Source of the DNA: Ignavibacteriota bacterium
GTDB lineage: Bacteria; Bacteroidota; Ignavibacteria; UBA10030
Assembly: GCA_963727825.1 (NCBI GenBank)
Contig: CAVSHO010000011.1
Location: 32,001 to 96,000 of the forward strand
Direction: 5' to 3'
Length of the DNA stretch: 64,000 nt
Shown here: positions 21,399 to 30,792 of the stretch, piece after piece
Position numbering within the stretch: the first letter of the stretch is position 1
Layout of the letters: each line of letters opens with the position of its first letter
The notes under the pieces: generated by a model
Databases searched by the model: none
The model's input: the letters and a program-made list of their open reading frames with translations, nothing else
Told to the model about the DNA's origin: nothing
Made by a program: the position numbers and the translations under genes

Positions 21399-22244
21399 TT
21401 ACGGTATAACAATTCGTTTTGAGTCGACCGTATAAGCTGCAAAATATCCTAGTGCATCACCGCTAATATTCGTAGAGGGATTTGCCGGTGCGAGCGAAGT
21501 TGGGCTTTGGTCAGATGAAAGAATATTCGAAAGCGTATGGAAGTAGTCATAGGTCGCTTTATCGATAGACAATAAATCTATCGTAATCGTGTCGCCTTTA
21601 TTTACTTTGTCTCCCCCGCGTATCCTCACAGTCATTTCTTGGCCTTTCGTTAATTCATCGGTGAAGAGTCGATACCTGAGCCCGTCAATCGAATCTGCAG
21701 GAATCAGAGCACTGGATTGAGCGTTAACACGGTAATAATTATAATTGTTCGTCTGCGGAGGATCTTTAAATACTATATAAATATCATACCCAGTGCTGCC
21801 GCCAAAGCCAGTCCTTAGTTTGGTATACAAAGAATCGATAAATACTTTCGTCGGCATAGAAGAAGCTGCATCATATTCTTTGCCTTCTGCCAATACTTTC
21901 ATTTGATAACTCGTGCCGGGAACACCTCGTATCGTGGAAGTAAGGTATGTTCCACTCACCGTCTCCTTCAATGTATCCAGTTGATTCAAATTATCTGCCA
22001 TAACAACAAGCGCGCCGGAAACCGGAGGAAAATATGACGATGATGCAAAATAGTTTCCACTCATGCTGAGAACAACGGAATAGGGCCCGGGACTGTCCTT
22101 CACAACACCCTCGATGACGATATGCGGCGAAGCTTCATTTAAATCAACAGAAATAATCTGCTGACAAGAGAGAAGGCAGCATGCCATTGCTGCAAGAATA
22201 ATGAAAAGTGTTATGCGGTTTATGAACATTGAATGTGTTTTCAT
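21399..22244 (-). CDS. DUF4249-like lipoprotein, TBDR partner
   Basis: Lipobox LLSC, IVIEG, C-terminal NISGDALGYF; directly downstream of a TBDR. Confidence 0.8.
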   Translation of the reverse strand: MKTHSMFINRITLFIILAAMACCLLSCQQIISVDLNEASPHIVIEGVVKDSPGPYSVVLSMSGNYFASSSYFPPVSGALVVMADNLNQLDTLKETVSGTYLTSTIRGVPGTSYQMKVLAEGKEYDAASSMPTKVFIDSLYTKLRTGFGGSTGYDIYIVFKDPPQTNNYNYYRVNAQSSALIPADSIDGLRYRLFTDELTKGQEMTVRIRGGDKVNKGDTITIDLLSIDKATYDYFHTLSNILSSDQSPTSLAPANPSTNISGDALGYFAAYTVDSKRIVIP

Positions 22245-22256
22245 TGGACATCAAAA

Positions 22257-24578
22257 TTAGAAAGTAAAATTATATGTGACGGACGGAATGATCGGAAAAA
22301 TTGTTGTCTGCACGGCTTGATTTTGACCGGGATTATTTGAATCCTGCCTGAAAGTTATGGAATAGGCATTCATCCGATCATAAACGTTATAGATAGAAAA
22401 ATTCAAATTGGAATGCAGTCCCAAAATCCATGTAGCTGACAAGTCCAAGCGATGGTATGGGGGCATGCGATAGCCGTTTCTATTTGTATAATATGGAACC
22501 ACTCGTCCATCGACATAGTAGTCTCCATTTGGAAATGTCACTGCATTCCCTGTATTGTACACCCAGGTTGCCGAGAATGTCCACGTGCTGTTATAGTCGT
22601 AAATAAGCACGACAGAAGCATCATGCGTCCTATCCTGCGTTGCCGGGAAAGGCTGCCCGTCATTGATCTGCGCGAAATGTTCCTCCGTCTTGGATAGCGT
22701 GTATCCTATCCACCCGCTGATTGTACCGAACCGCTTCCTCACAAGAAGTTCCGCCCCGTAGCTCCATCCTCTGCCGTAAAGAAGAAGAGATTCAATATTT
22801 GGATTGCGCTGCAAATCCGCGCCATTTTGATAATCAATAACATTCTGCATGTTCTTGTAATAGATTTGGAGTGAAGTTTCAAAAGCGTTGTCGCTAAAAT
22901 TTCTGAAATAGCCAAGTTCTACTTGATCGGCATATTGCGGCGGCACGTTATTGCTGCTGGGGATCCATAGGTCGCTTGGATTCGTCTCTGTTGAATTAGA
23001 AAGGAGATGAAGATATTGCGTTGTCCTCGTATATGATGTTTTGATCGAGCTTGTTTCATCAAGTACGTAGGTCATGGAGAGGCGCGGCTCTAAACTCGTA
23101 TAAGTCTTAACAACTTCGCCAGAGGAATAATCAGCGGTATCGATAGGATTGCCATTACTATCGTATGTATAAATATGTCCGGGGCCCAGTAGGCTGAATG
23201 TAGAAAATCTCAGGCCGTAATTCACCTTGAGATCGGAAAATACATTGAGTTCATGTGAAAAATAGATTCCGTTTTCAAGGGCATATCGATGCTCAAGATC
23301 GATATCAATTAAACCGCTCGGTGTTCCGCCCGTAATTGTACCCGGCACAAATGTGTGGTAAATGGAGTTGATACCGAATTTCAGTGTACTTTGAGAATTC
23401 GTGAAATACTGAAAATCTTCTTTAAAGTTCAGATCTTTTATACCGGAAGTTATTTCAAATTGACTCGTACCGGATGAGATGGAGTTGGTATACTCATAGT
23501 CGCTTACGATAAATGATGTATTTGAGAAAAGGTGATCTCCAAAAATATGATTCCAGCGAAGAGTTCCTGTGGTGTTGCCCCAATTGAACCCGAAAATATT
23601 GGGATAAGCAAAATTATCCCTTCCGAAATAACCGGAAAGAAAAATACGATCTTTGTCCCCAAGTGTATAGTTCGCTTTCACATTAATATCGTAGAAATAC
23701 AGACTCGCCTGATTGATGGTCGTGTCGCGCGATAAATGGAGAAAAAGATCTGCGTATGACCGCCTTGCGGTAATGATAAACGATCCTTGATCCACAACAA
23801 TAGGTCCATCCAGCATAAGTCTGGAATCGAGCAAGCCGATTCCCGCAGATCCTCCGAATTCTTTCTCGTTTCCATCATTGGTCCGGATATCGACAACCGA
23901 CGAAAGTCGCCCTCCGTATTCGGAGGGAATACCGCCCGTTATAACTGATACATTCTTGATGGCATCGGCATTGAATACAGACAGGTATCCCAGAAGGTGG
24001 GAAGGATTGTAAACTGGTGCTTCATCGAGGATGATCAGATTCTGATCAATACCGCCTCCTCGCGCATAAAATCCAGTGCTTCCTTCTCCTGCCGATTTCA
24101 CGCCCGGGAGTAGTTGAATCGTTTTAAGAATATCCTTTTCCCCTAATAACACGGGAATGGATTCTATTTCATCTATTTCAAGTTTTTTAACACTCGTCCC
24201 CGTGGAGGTAACGTTTGCATTAGTTCTCTCACCCGACACGACGACTTCGCCAACTTTGATTGGCTGAGGAAAAAGATTAAAATTTACTATCCGATCACGA
24301 TCGAGCATAATAGTATCGGTTGCGGTTTTGAATCCGAGATACTGAGTCAGCACTGTGTATTTTCCCCTCGGAAGCGTTAGCGAATAAAAACCGTACGCAT
24401 TAGAAGCAACCCCCACACCGGGCAGCTCCTTTACGACAATTGTCGCGCCTATAAGAGCCTCGCCGGTTTCACTGTTCTTGATTGTCCCGCTCATTGTTTG
24501 TTTCGTCTGTGTGAATGCGATATTGCTGAAGAGCTGGAGGAAAAAAAAGATCGAAGTGAGTACAACAGGGGTCTTCAT
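22257..24578 (-). CDS. TonB-dependent receptor
   Basis: TGEALIGATI, GEKDILKTIQLLPGV, YGGRLSSV, YHRLDLS, terminal YNFTF. Confidence 0.92.
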   Translation of the reverse strand: MKTPVVLTSIFFFLQLFSNIAFTQTKQTMSGTIKNSETGEALIGATIVVKELPGVGVASNAYGFYSLTLPRGKYTVLTQYLGFKTATDTIMLDRDRIVNFNLFPQPIKVGEVVVSGERTNANVTSTGTSVKKLEIDEIESIPVLLGEKDILKTIQLLPGVKSAGEGSTGFYARGGGIDQNLIILDEAPVYNPSHLLGYLSVFNADAIKNVSVITGGIPSEYGGRLSSVVDIRTNDGNEKEFGGSAGIGLLDSRLMLDGPIVVDQGSFIITARRSYADLFLHLSRDTTINQASLYFYDINVKANYTLGDKDRIFLSGYFGRDNFAYPNIFGFNWGNTTGTLRWNHIFGDHLFSNTSFIVSDYEYTNSISSGTSQFEITSGIKDLNFKEDFQYFTNSQSTLKFGINSIYHTFVPGTITGGTPSGLIDIDLEHRYALENGIYFSHELNVFSDLKVNYGLRFSTFSLLGPGHIYTYDSNGNPIDTADYSSGEVVKTYTSLEPRLSMTYVLDETSSIKTSYTRTTQYLHLLSNSTETNPSDLWIPSSNNVPPQYADQVELGYFRNFSDNAFETSLQIYYKNMQNVIDYQNGADLQRNPNIESLLLYGRGWSYGAELLVRKRFGTISGWIGYTLSKTEEHFAQINDGQPFPATQDRTHDASVVLIYDYNSTWTFSATWVYNTGNAVTFPNGDYYVDGRVVPYYTNRNGYRMPPYHRLDLSATWILGLHSNLNFSIYNVYDRMNAYSITFRQDSNNPGQNQAVQTTIFPIIPSVTYNFTF

Positions 24579-24733
24579 ATATTAATCAACGTTTATGGAG
24601 ATATTTAGTTCCCATTGGTAGGAAGACTATTTAATAAAAAGGAATAGAAATAGTTTCTGTTTCAAAACTGTCAATAGATATTCACTCTCAGTTTGTTGCA
24701 GAATAGCACTGTGATCACTATATTAATTTTGTT

Positions 24734-25672
24734 ATGGTACGCTATCTACTCAAGCATATTTGTGGATCATTTCTTTTAGCTTTCATTTCATTTTCTGGCA
24801 CTATTGATTTGTGTCTTTCCCAAAACAATACCATGCCAGCTTCTCTGCAGCAGAATTTTTTTGGGCAGCGTCAAAAACTCCTTCGGGGGCGTCTGCGGAA
24901 TGACATAACTTTGAAAACCGATATCAGTTACACTGACGTTCCGGATCGGTTGCAAACACTCGACATTTATTATCCTGCACCGCATGAGAATCTTGAACCG
25001 ATTCTTATGCATATTCATGGCGGTGGATGGAGTACCGGCGATAAGAGATTGATGAGAAAACATGGGGTATTCTACGCTGGGCAGGGAATCATTTTCATCG
25101 CGATCAATTATCGTTTATCTCCGAAAGTGCAACACCCTGCACACATCCAGGATTGTGCTGCAGCATTTGCATGGGTCTATGCACATGCGGAAGAGATGGG
25201 TGGTGATAGGAATCGCATTTTTGTTTCTGGCCACTCTGCGGGGGCACATTTGGCTGCTTTGTTAGGAACGAATTCAACCTATTTGCAGCAATACAACATT
25301 TCGCCATCAACTATTGCTGGTGTCATCGGTGTGGATGCAGCAAGTTATGATGTACTTGCACCGACAAGTGAAAAACTGAATAAGCGCTTTATTGTTCAGG
25401 CATTTGGTACAGACCATAGAATTCTTAAATCTGCTTCGCCATATTATAATGTGGTCGATCATCAGTCCTATCCGCAATTTCTCCTTCTGAATACCAGCAA
25501 ACGAATGGAAGCGGCGGTTGCTGCCAAGCGATTTGTAGACAAACTGCACAGCGTGCACTGCGCTGCGCAGATAATTGTTGTCGGCGGCCATACCCACGAA
25601 GAAATGAATAGTGCGATGTATGATGAATCAGATAGTGTGAGCCACGAGATACTCAAGTTTATCCTTAAATGA
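24734..25672 (+). CDS. Alpha/beta hydrolase (HSL-like esterase)
   Basis: HGGGW oxyanion motif, INYRL, GHSAG nucleophile elbow. Confidence 0.9.
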   Translation: MVRYLLKHICGSFLLAFISFSGTIDLCLSQNNTMPASLQQNFFGQRQKLLRGRLRNDITLKTDISYTDVPDRLQTLDIYYPAPHENLEPILMHIHGGGWSTGDKRLMRKHGVFYAGQGIIFIAINYRLSPKVQHPAHIQDCAAAFAWVYAHAEEMGGDRNRIFVSGHSAGAHLAALLGTNSTYLQQYNISPSTIAGVIGVDAASYDVLAPTSEKLNKRFIVQAFGTDHRILKSASPYYNVVDHQSYPQFLLLNTSKRMEAAVAAKRFVDKLHSVHCAAQIIVVGGHTHEEMNSAMYDESDSVSHEILKFILK

Positions 25673-25819
25673 AAATGAGTTAGTGGAAAAAAAGACCCTT
25701 GAGTACATGCAAGACCAAAAGCGGCGATGGTAGCCACTTTTATTTACTTGAGACTCGAAGAAATAAAATGTAGTATTCTGGTGGTTAAAGCCGAAGAGTC
25801 AATTGCAGGAGAGAATAAA

Positions 25820-26248
25820 ATGAAAACATCCATCAAAATACTACAATGGCTTCCACGAGTTATCTGCACCCTGGCTATTCTTTTCGTCAGTTTATTTGCA
25901 CTCGATGCATTTACACCCGGACATACTATCTGGCAACAACTTGGAGATTTCTTTATCCATCTCATCCCATCATTTATTTTAATTGCATCTCTCATCATTG
26001 CTTGGAAATGGGAATTCGCTGGTGGTATCATCTTTTTGATAATAGGTATTGGGCTGAGCCCGTTTGTCTTTATGATGAATTATCACAGAACTCATTCCAT
26101 TGGAATTAGCCTTGTCATCATTCTTATGATTACAATTCCATTTGTTGTTGTTGGTATTCTTTTTCTGATAAGTCATTCCTGGAGGAAAAAAGAATCTTCT
26201 AAAATCTCTCAACAAATGTTGGAAAACCAAACTACCATTAAGCAATGA
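25820..26248 (+). CDS. Small four-helix membrane protein
   Basis: ATG at 25820 after AGGAG; hydrophobic segments (FVSLFALDAF, IHLIP, AWKWE). Confidence 0.75.
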   Translation: MKTSIKILQWLPRVICTLAILFVSLFALDAFTPGHTIWQQLGDFFIHLIPSFILIASLIIAWKWEFAGGIIFLIIGIGLSPFVFMMNYHRTHSIGISLVIILMITIPFVVVGILFLISHSWRKKESSKISQQMLENQTTIKQ

Positions 26249-26956
26249 GTTCGTTCTTTATTGGATGAGAAAATAGCCTCGGCCAAGCGCTGACTATTGC
26301 CTGAGATCTACTTTCCAAACTTTATTGTGAAATTGGATAGTAATGGACACTTTGTACTGTAATTCATACACCTAATCATTACACATAGAGTGTATGGATT
26401 TTGTGTTATTGGATAGAAAAAGTAGCACATTTATTTCTAAGGATTCTCTTACAGAAACTTTTATGTGGTATTACATTCTAATCAATAGCTAACTAAAACT
26501 GTTGACAAAATTGCGTAAAAAAAGGAAGAATCGGAGTGCTGGTGACTGGCGATGATGCCAGATTATCCCAAATTATACATTAGCTTGTAGAGTCCCCGCC
26601 TGCGTCGGGCAGGCGATCACCAGATCGGACAATGATGTTAACATTGTTTCATCCAGTCGGTGACTGGATTCTACACCAATTCGGTTATCGTTCACCTTTC
26701 CCATATTCTATCATTTCAATAACATATGCCCCTCTTTTATTTCTAATGAATGGTTTGGGATTATCAACATTCTTGTTGAGGGACTCATTACATAACGCAC
26801 TTGAAATCCACTCCCCTTGATCAGTATCATAATCTTTGAATAGTTTGGGATATATTAGAATAACTGATTTTTTACCATAGTAATTCTGCAAATACAATTG
26901 ATATTTGTAAGAGAATCAGGATGGTAATAAAACATGCAGATTGAAGGTAGTTTTTG

Positions 26957-29900
26957 CTATTTAAAATTGAATTTGTTGCAGAAATCCATGGCTTCTTCTC
27001 TTGTCTTGAAAACACCAACAAAAACACGATATCGTAAGCCCATCGAAGGAATACGTGCAGTCATCACGTACGCTTGTAGTCTGTGAAATTTCTCAACTTT
27101 TTTCGCCACTCGCCCCACTTTTGATTTCGTAACCCATGGAGAGATTTGAAGAATATAACCTGTCTTCTCTGCATTAGAAATCACAATACACGGCTTTTCA
27201 GTTTTAATTCTTGGCGATGGTTGTTCGACTTTCTCTACAGCTGCTTGCGGTGTAGGTACGACCTTCTCTTTAACTTCTTGTGGCGGAGGTACGACTTTTT
27301 CTACAGCTACTTGCGGTGAAGGTACGACTTTCTCTACAGCTACTTGTGGTGGAGGTATGACTTTCTCTTCAGCTGCTTGCGGTGTAGGTACGATCTTCTC
27401 TTTAGCGACTTGTGGCGGAGGTACGACTTTTTCTACAGCTACTTGTGGTGTAGGTACGACCTTCTCTTCAGCTGCTTGCGGTGTAGGTACGACTTTCTCT
27501 TCAAGTATCTGAGGCTTTTCGGTGGCAATAGTTCTTTGTTCACCTATCTTTCCGAGTATAGCCGTAGTGTCTCTCTGGAAGGATTCGAGCACGAATTCGA
27601 GCCCTTCCACTACAAAGCCATCCTTATTTTGTAAAATATTAACTGGCAATGTTATCGGTGAAGAAGTCATGTATAATCTCCGTAATTGGGCGGTATCAAT
27701 TCGGGCAAAATATGAACCAGGTGCCAAACCGAGAAAACTAAAAAAGCCATCGGCCTCAGAAAGAGTGCTCGCAACAAGACTAGAGTCATCACTACGATAA
27801 AAACATACTATAATACGTCCCTGTCCTTTCTTTTTATTGTTTTCACTAAGATAAACTGTTCCTGAAACTTCACCTACTACAGCGATAGGAATCTCTATCA
27901 ATTTGAATTGGTTAGGATCGATAAAAACGCTTATGGTTGGCTTTTTTATTTGCCAACTAATATTGTCAAAACTGTTGCGGTCGAGTTCAATCGTATAAGT
28001 CGTATAGGGTTCTAGATCGAATACGCGTATGGTTGTATCCCGATCGTCACGTTCTATGCGACCACTATTGATACTAAAATTAAGTCCAAAAGCTTTTGGT
28101 TCACCTTTATCATGCCGACCATTGCAATTAAGATCAAGGAAAGGAACGATGACGATTCCTCCTCTGCCAACACTTGGCCGATTATCTGTACCAATGTAAT
28201 TTGTTTTGCCATCGAACAATAAACTTCCACTGGCTGACTGAATAAAGGTGTTTGTATTGTTATCGCGCCTGGCTGATGCACTGGCCTGTGCATAGGGAAA
28301 TTCATACCGTAACACAATCTGATAACTATTGATTTTGTTGATGAAATCTTTTTCATAAATCATATCTAGATAACTATGACCAAACATTTGTTTCTCAAAT
28401 TCACATTTCGCAAAGGTCATCTTTTTTTGATTGTAATCATATTGCGTCTGAGGCGTCATAATGAATCCGTTCGGAAGCCTAAAAGACAGAGAAAGGTTGC
28501 CATAAATGTATGGAGGGAATGGATCCGTATACGACGCATAGGTACTGGAGTTGACACTTACACCGAGAATTGAACCAGACAATAACAAATCAGACATAAT
28601 GTATTTCATCGTAGGCAAAACAATTTGATTAATAGTAAACCGAGAATATATTGTGGAATTCCCGAAACTAAAAGGCATAGATATCACAGCTTTACGATCT
28701 TCAAGAAAATTGGTATTGATTGCTTCTTGGTCTTTATCGTACTTGGTATAATCAATTTCAAACTGCAGGTTCGAAGGCAAGCGGTAATTAAGTATGCCTT
28801 TCGACCTTACGCCGTTTACATATTCGCCGGAGAAAAGAAGGCTGGAAGTAAGACTGAGCGAAGTATTTAAAAAAGGCATGCTTTTCCCGGAAGCGACTGA
28901 TGAAAAGTATTCTATTCCACTGCCAACCGTAATATGTCGATCCACACCATAATTGAAATTGATGCGTGAAAACAGATTATCACTTCCATCTTCCACCGTA
29001 CCGGTGCTCACGGTATATTCAAATTCCTTTTGTGGAAGAAAATTAAAAGGTATTGTTATATTTTGTAGTGTGGTACGCTCTTCGCCATCAGGTCCATAAA
29101 AACGAAGTTTAATATCTGAATTTCCATACACAAGCGGGACTTCAAAAAGATAAAAGCCGGAAGCGTCGGACTTTACATAATCCACTAATACATTATTCAC
29201 ATAGAGTTCCACTATCCAATTGGGCTCAGTGTAGTCACTCAATGTATAGGAACCGAACGATCGTCTGTAAGTCGTTGGCGTATTAGTTAATTGCGCTCCC
29301 ACGATAGGCGCATAAATGGATGAGATAGATTGTGTAGAGATTGTGCCTGCCATTATTTGCCGAAAGGCTTGATTATCGTTGTTGACAAAATGCCAGAGGT
29401 AATATTGCTGCCTCATGGTAAAAGGCTCGTTGTTGTCATAATTGATCAGAACTTTCGTTTCTCCTCCCCCCAGAGTAGCTCCGAGCCCTAAGTTAAGTCT
29501 CACATCATTCCAACCTTGATATTGTTCTGTATTGATCGACCAATCTGCCATCCCAAAACGGAAAAATGGATAATCCCTTCCAATGATGGTATCGGCTTTA
29601 ATTTCTCCTTTGAGACGGCTGATGTTTTTACGCATCTGTTCTTGCCGCATTTCGCGAATTGCAGGCAATTCAAATTTTGTATTCAGTATGACCGAAAGAC
29701 TACGGAAATTAAACGTACAATATAATCCGAACACTTCGCCAAAATAATTCGATTTCAAATAGAGATTAGTTTCTGTCCGGATCAGATCATTCGGCTTTAG
29801 AGTAAAAACTTTATTTTGATATAGAATGCGCCGGTTCACCCTATCAACGAGATAAGTTGCTTGTCGGTCGATAAAAAAGCCAGACACCGATTCAAATCCT

Positions 29901-30241
29901 GGAGAAGGATTGTTCTTGATCTTTAAAAAATCGAAAACATTTGTAATAGGTAGATACACTACTTCGTTGCGGATAACGGCCGGCATCTCTGTTAATCCAA
30001 TGCCTTGCACCTCGAAGGAAACTGATGTTTCATCGTATTCAGGTTCTTTCTGAGCGTAGCTAAGTATAGGCGAGAGTAGAGTTAGAAGCAAAAAACTGGA
30101 CGCAATCCGGCAAACGGCAACTTTTTGTCTTTGAAGATTCAATTTCAAAGACAAGCAGACTTCCACTTTTTTATTCTTCACGAAGTGTTGCATTTCATTG
30201 CTAAACTCAAAAATTTTTATTCCTAGCTTATTGTTGAACAA
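26957..30241 (-). CDS. Usher-like outer-membrane protein with Pro-rich linker and C-terminal SPOR domain
   Basis: VELYVNNVLVDY...GFYLFEVPLVYG..FYGPDGE plug-like segment, long amphipathic beta region, FLDLNCNG and GEVSGTV Ig-like domains, terminal GYILQI...RYRVFVGVFKTREEA; true start may be downstream of 30241. Confidence 0.7.
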   Translation of the reverse strand: MFNNKLGIKIFEFSNEMQHFVKNKKVEVCLSLKLNLQRQKVAVCRIASSFLLLTLLSPILSYAQKEPEYDETSVSFEVQGIGLTEMPAVIRNEVVYLPITNVFDFLKIKNNPSPGFESVSGFFIDRQATYLVDRVNRRILYQNKVFTLKPNDLIRTETNLYLKSNYFGEVFGLYCTFNFRSLSVILNTKFELPAIREMRQEQMRKNISRLKGEIKADTIIGRDYPFFRFGMADWSINTEQYQGWNDVRLNLGLGATLGGGETKVLINYDNNEPFTMRQQYYLWHFVNNDNQAFRQIMAGTISTQSISSIYAPIVGAQLTNTPTTYRRSFGSYTLSDYTEPNWIVELYVNNVLVDYVKSDASGFYLFEVPLVYGNSDIKLRFYGPDGEERTTLQNITIPFNFLPQKEFEYTVSTGTVEDGSDNLFSRINFNYGVDRHITVGSGIEYFSSVASGKSMPFLNTSLSLTSSLLFSGEYVNGVRSKGILNYRLPSNLQFEIDYTKYDKDQEAINTNFLEDRKAVISMPFSFGNSTIYSRFTINQIVLPTMKYIMSDLLLSGSILGVSVNSSTYASYTDPFPPYIYGNLSLSFRLPNGFIMTPQTQYDYNQKKMTFAKCEFEKQMFGHSYLDMIYEKDFINKINSYQIVLRYEFPYAQASASARRDNNTNTFIQSASGSLLFDGKTNYIGTDNRPSVGRGGIVIVPFLDLNCNGRHDKGEPKAFGLNFSINSGRIERDDRDTTIRVFDLEPYTTYTIELDRNSFDNISWQIKKPTISVFIDPNQFKLIEIPIAVVGEVSGTVYLSENNKKKGQGRIIVCFYRSDDSSLVASTLSEADGFFSFLGLAPGSYFARIDTAQLRRLYMTSSPITLPVNILQNKDGFVVEGLEFVLESFQRDTTAILGKIGEQRTIATEKPQILEEKVVPTPQAAEEKVVPTPQVAVEKVVPPPQVAKEKIVPTPQAAEEKVIPPPQVAVEKVVPSPQVAVEKVVPPPQEVKEKVVPTPQAAVEKVEQPSPRIKTEKPCIVISNAEKTGYILQISPWVTKSKVGRVAKKVEKFHRLQAYVMTARIPSMGLRYRVFVGVFKTREEAMDFCNKFNFK
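27230..27501 (-). repeat. 33-bp coding tandem repeat (EKVVP[TPS]PQ[AV]A[EV]), about 8 copies
   Basis: Visible in both DNA and protein of the usher-like ORF. Confidence 0.9.
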
Positions 30242-30758
30242 AAGTTACCTGAAATATACCGCTATAATCCCCGGGTGGATTAGCTCCAGGATTGCCTACT
30301 GTAAGCGTTCCGCCAATATGCACATGCGTAGGCGATGGACGCATTGCTGCTGTAATAAATGGGGAACCGGTACTGGAAGTGCCAATGTGAAGCATCAGAG
30401 TACCTCCATTGCTACCGTTTAATGAGACATCAGAACCGTTTACTATGGTAATCAGGGTACCGGGGTTAGCAACCACATCAAAAAGAGCTGCAGAAACTGA
30501 ACCCCCATTGAGAAGTACGATGTTGCCCGACCAGGAGCGCATTCCACTGGACGAAACGCTAACAGTTCCACCCAAAGCGCCCTGAGCAAAATTACCAAAA
30601 CTCAGGTTTTGAGAGGTAATCGCCGTAACGGTTATTGGTCGAGGAGGCATTTCCTGAGCACTGACCGACACATAAATCATCAAAAGCAAGAATATACTTC
30701 TTTGAGAAAGTCGAATAAACCGACTGAAGAGTGAATATATTGTTCGGGTCTTTATCAT
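30228..30758 (-). CDS. DUF4402 pilin-like protein (minor subunit candidate)
   Basis: Signal peptide, QNLSFGNF, HIGGTLTV, GDYSGIFQVTF. Confidence 0.75.
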   Translation of the reverse strand: MIKTRTIYSLFSRFIRLSQRSIFLLLMIYVSVSAQEMPPRPITVTAITSQNLSFGNFAQGALGGTVSVSSSGMRSWSGNIVLLNGGSVSAALFDVVANPGTLITIVNGSDVSLNGSNGGTLMLHIGTSSTGSPFITAAMRPSPTHVHIGGTLTVGNPGANPPGDYSGIFQVTFVQQ

Positions 30759-30792
30759 TAATTTCGTATAAATATTTTTTGTTTAATAAAAA

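Noticed and set aside
26685-26897. 70-aa ORF with a faint McrC-like YQ...LIYP pattern
   Set aside because: Too short and too weak to call; no partner gene
27230-27501. Regular 33-bp repeats as a possible CRISPR array
   Set aside because: No unique spacers, in-frame coding repeat, no cas genes
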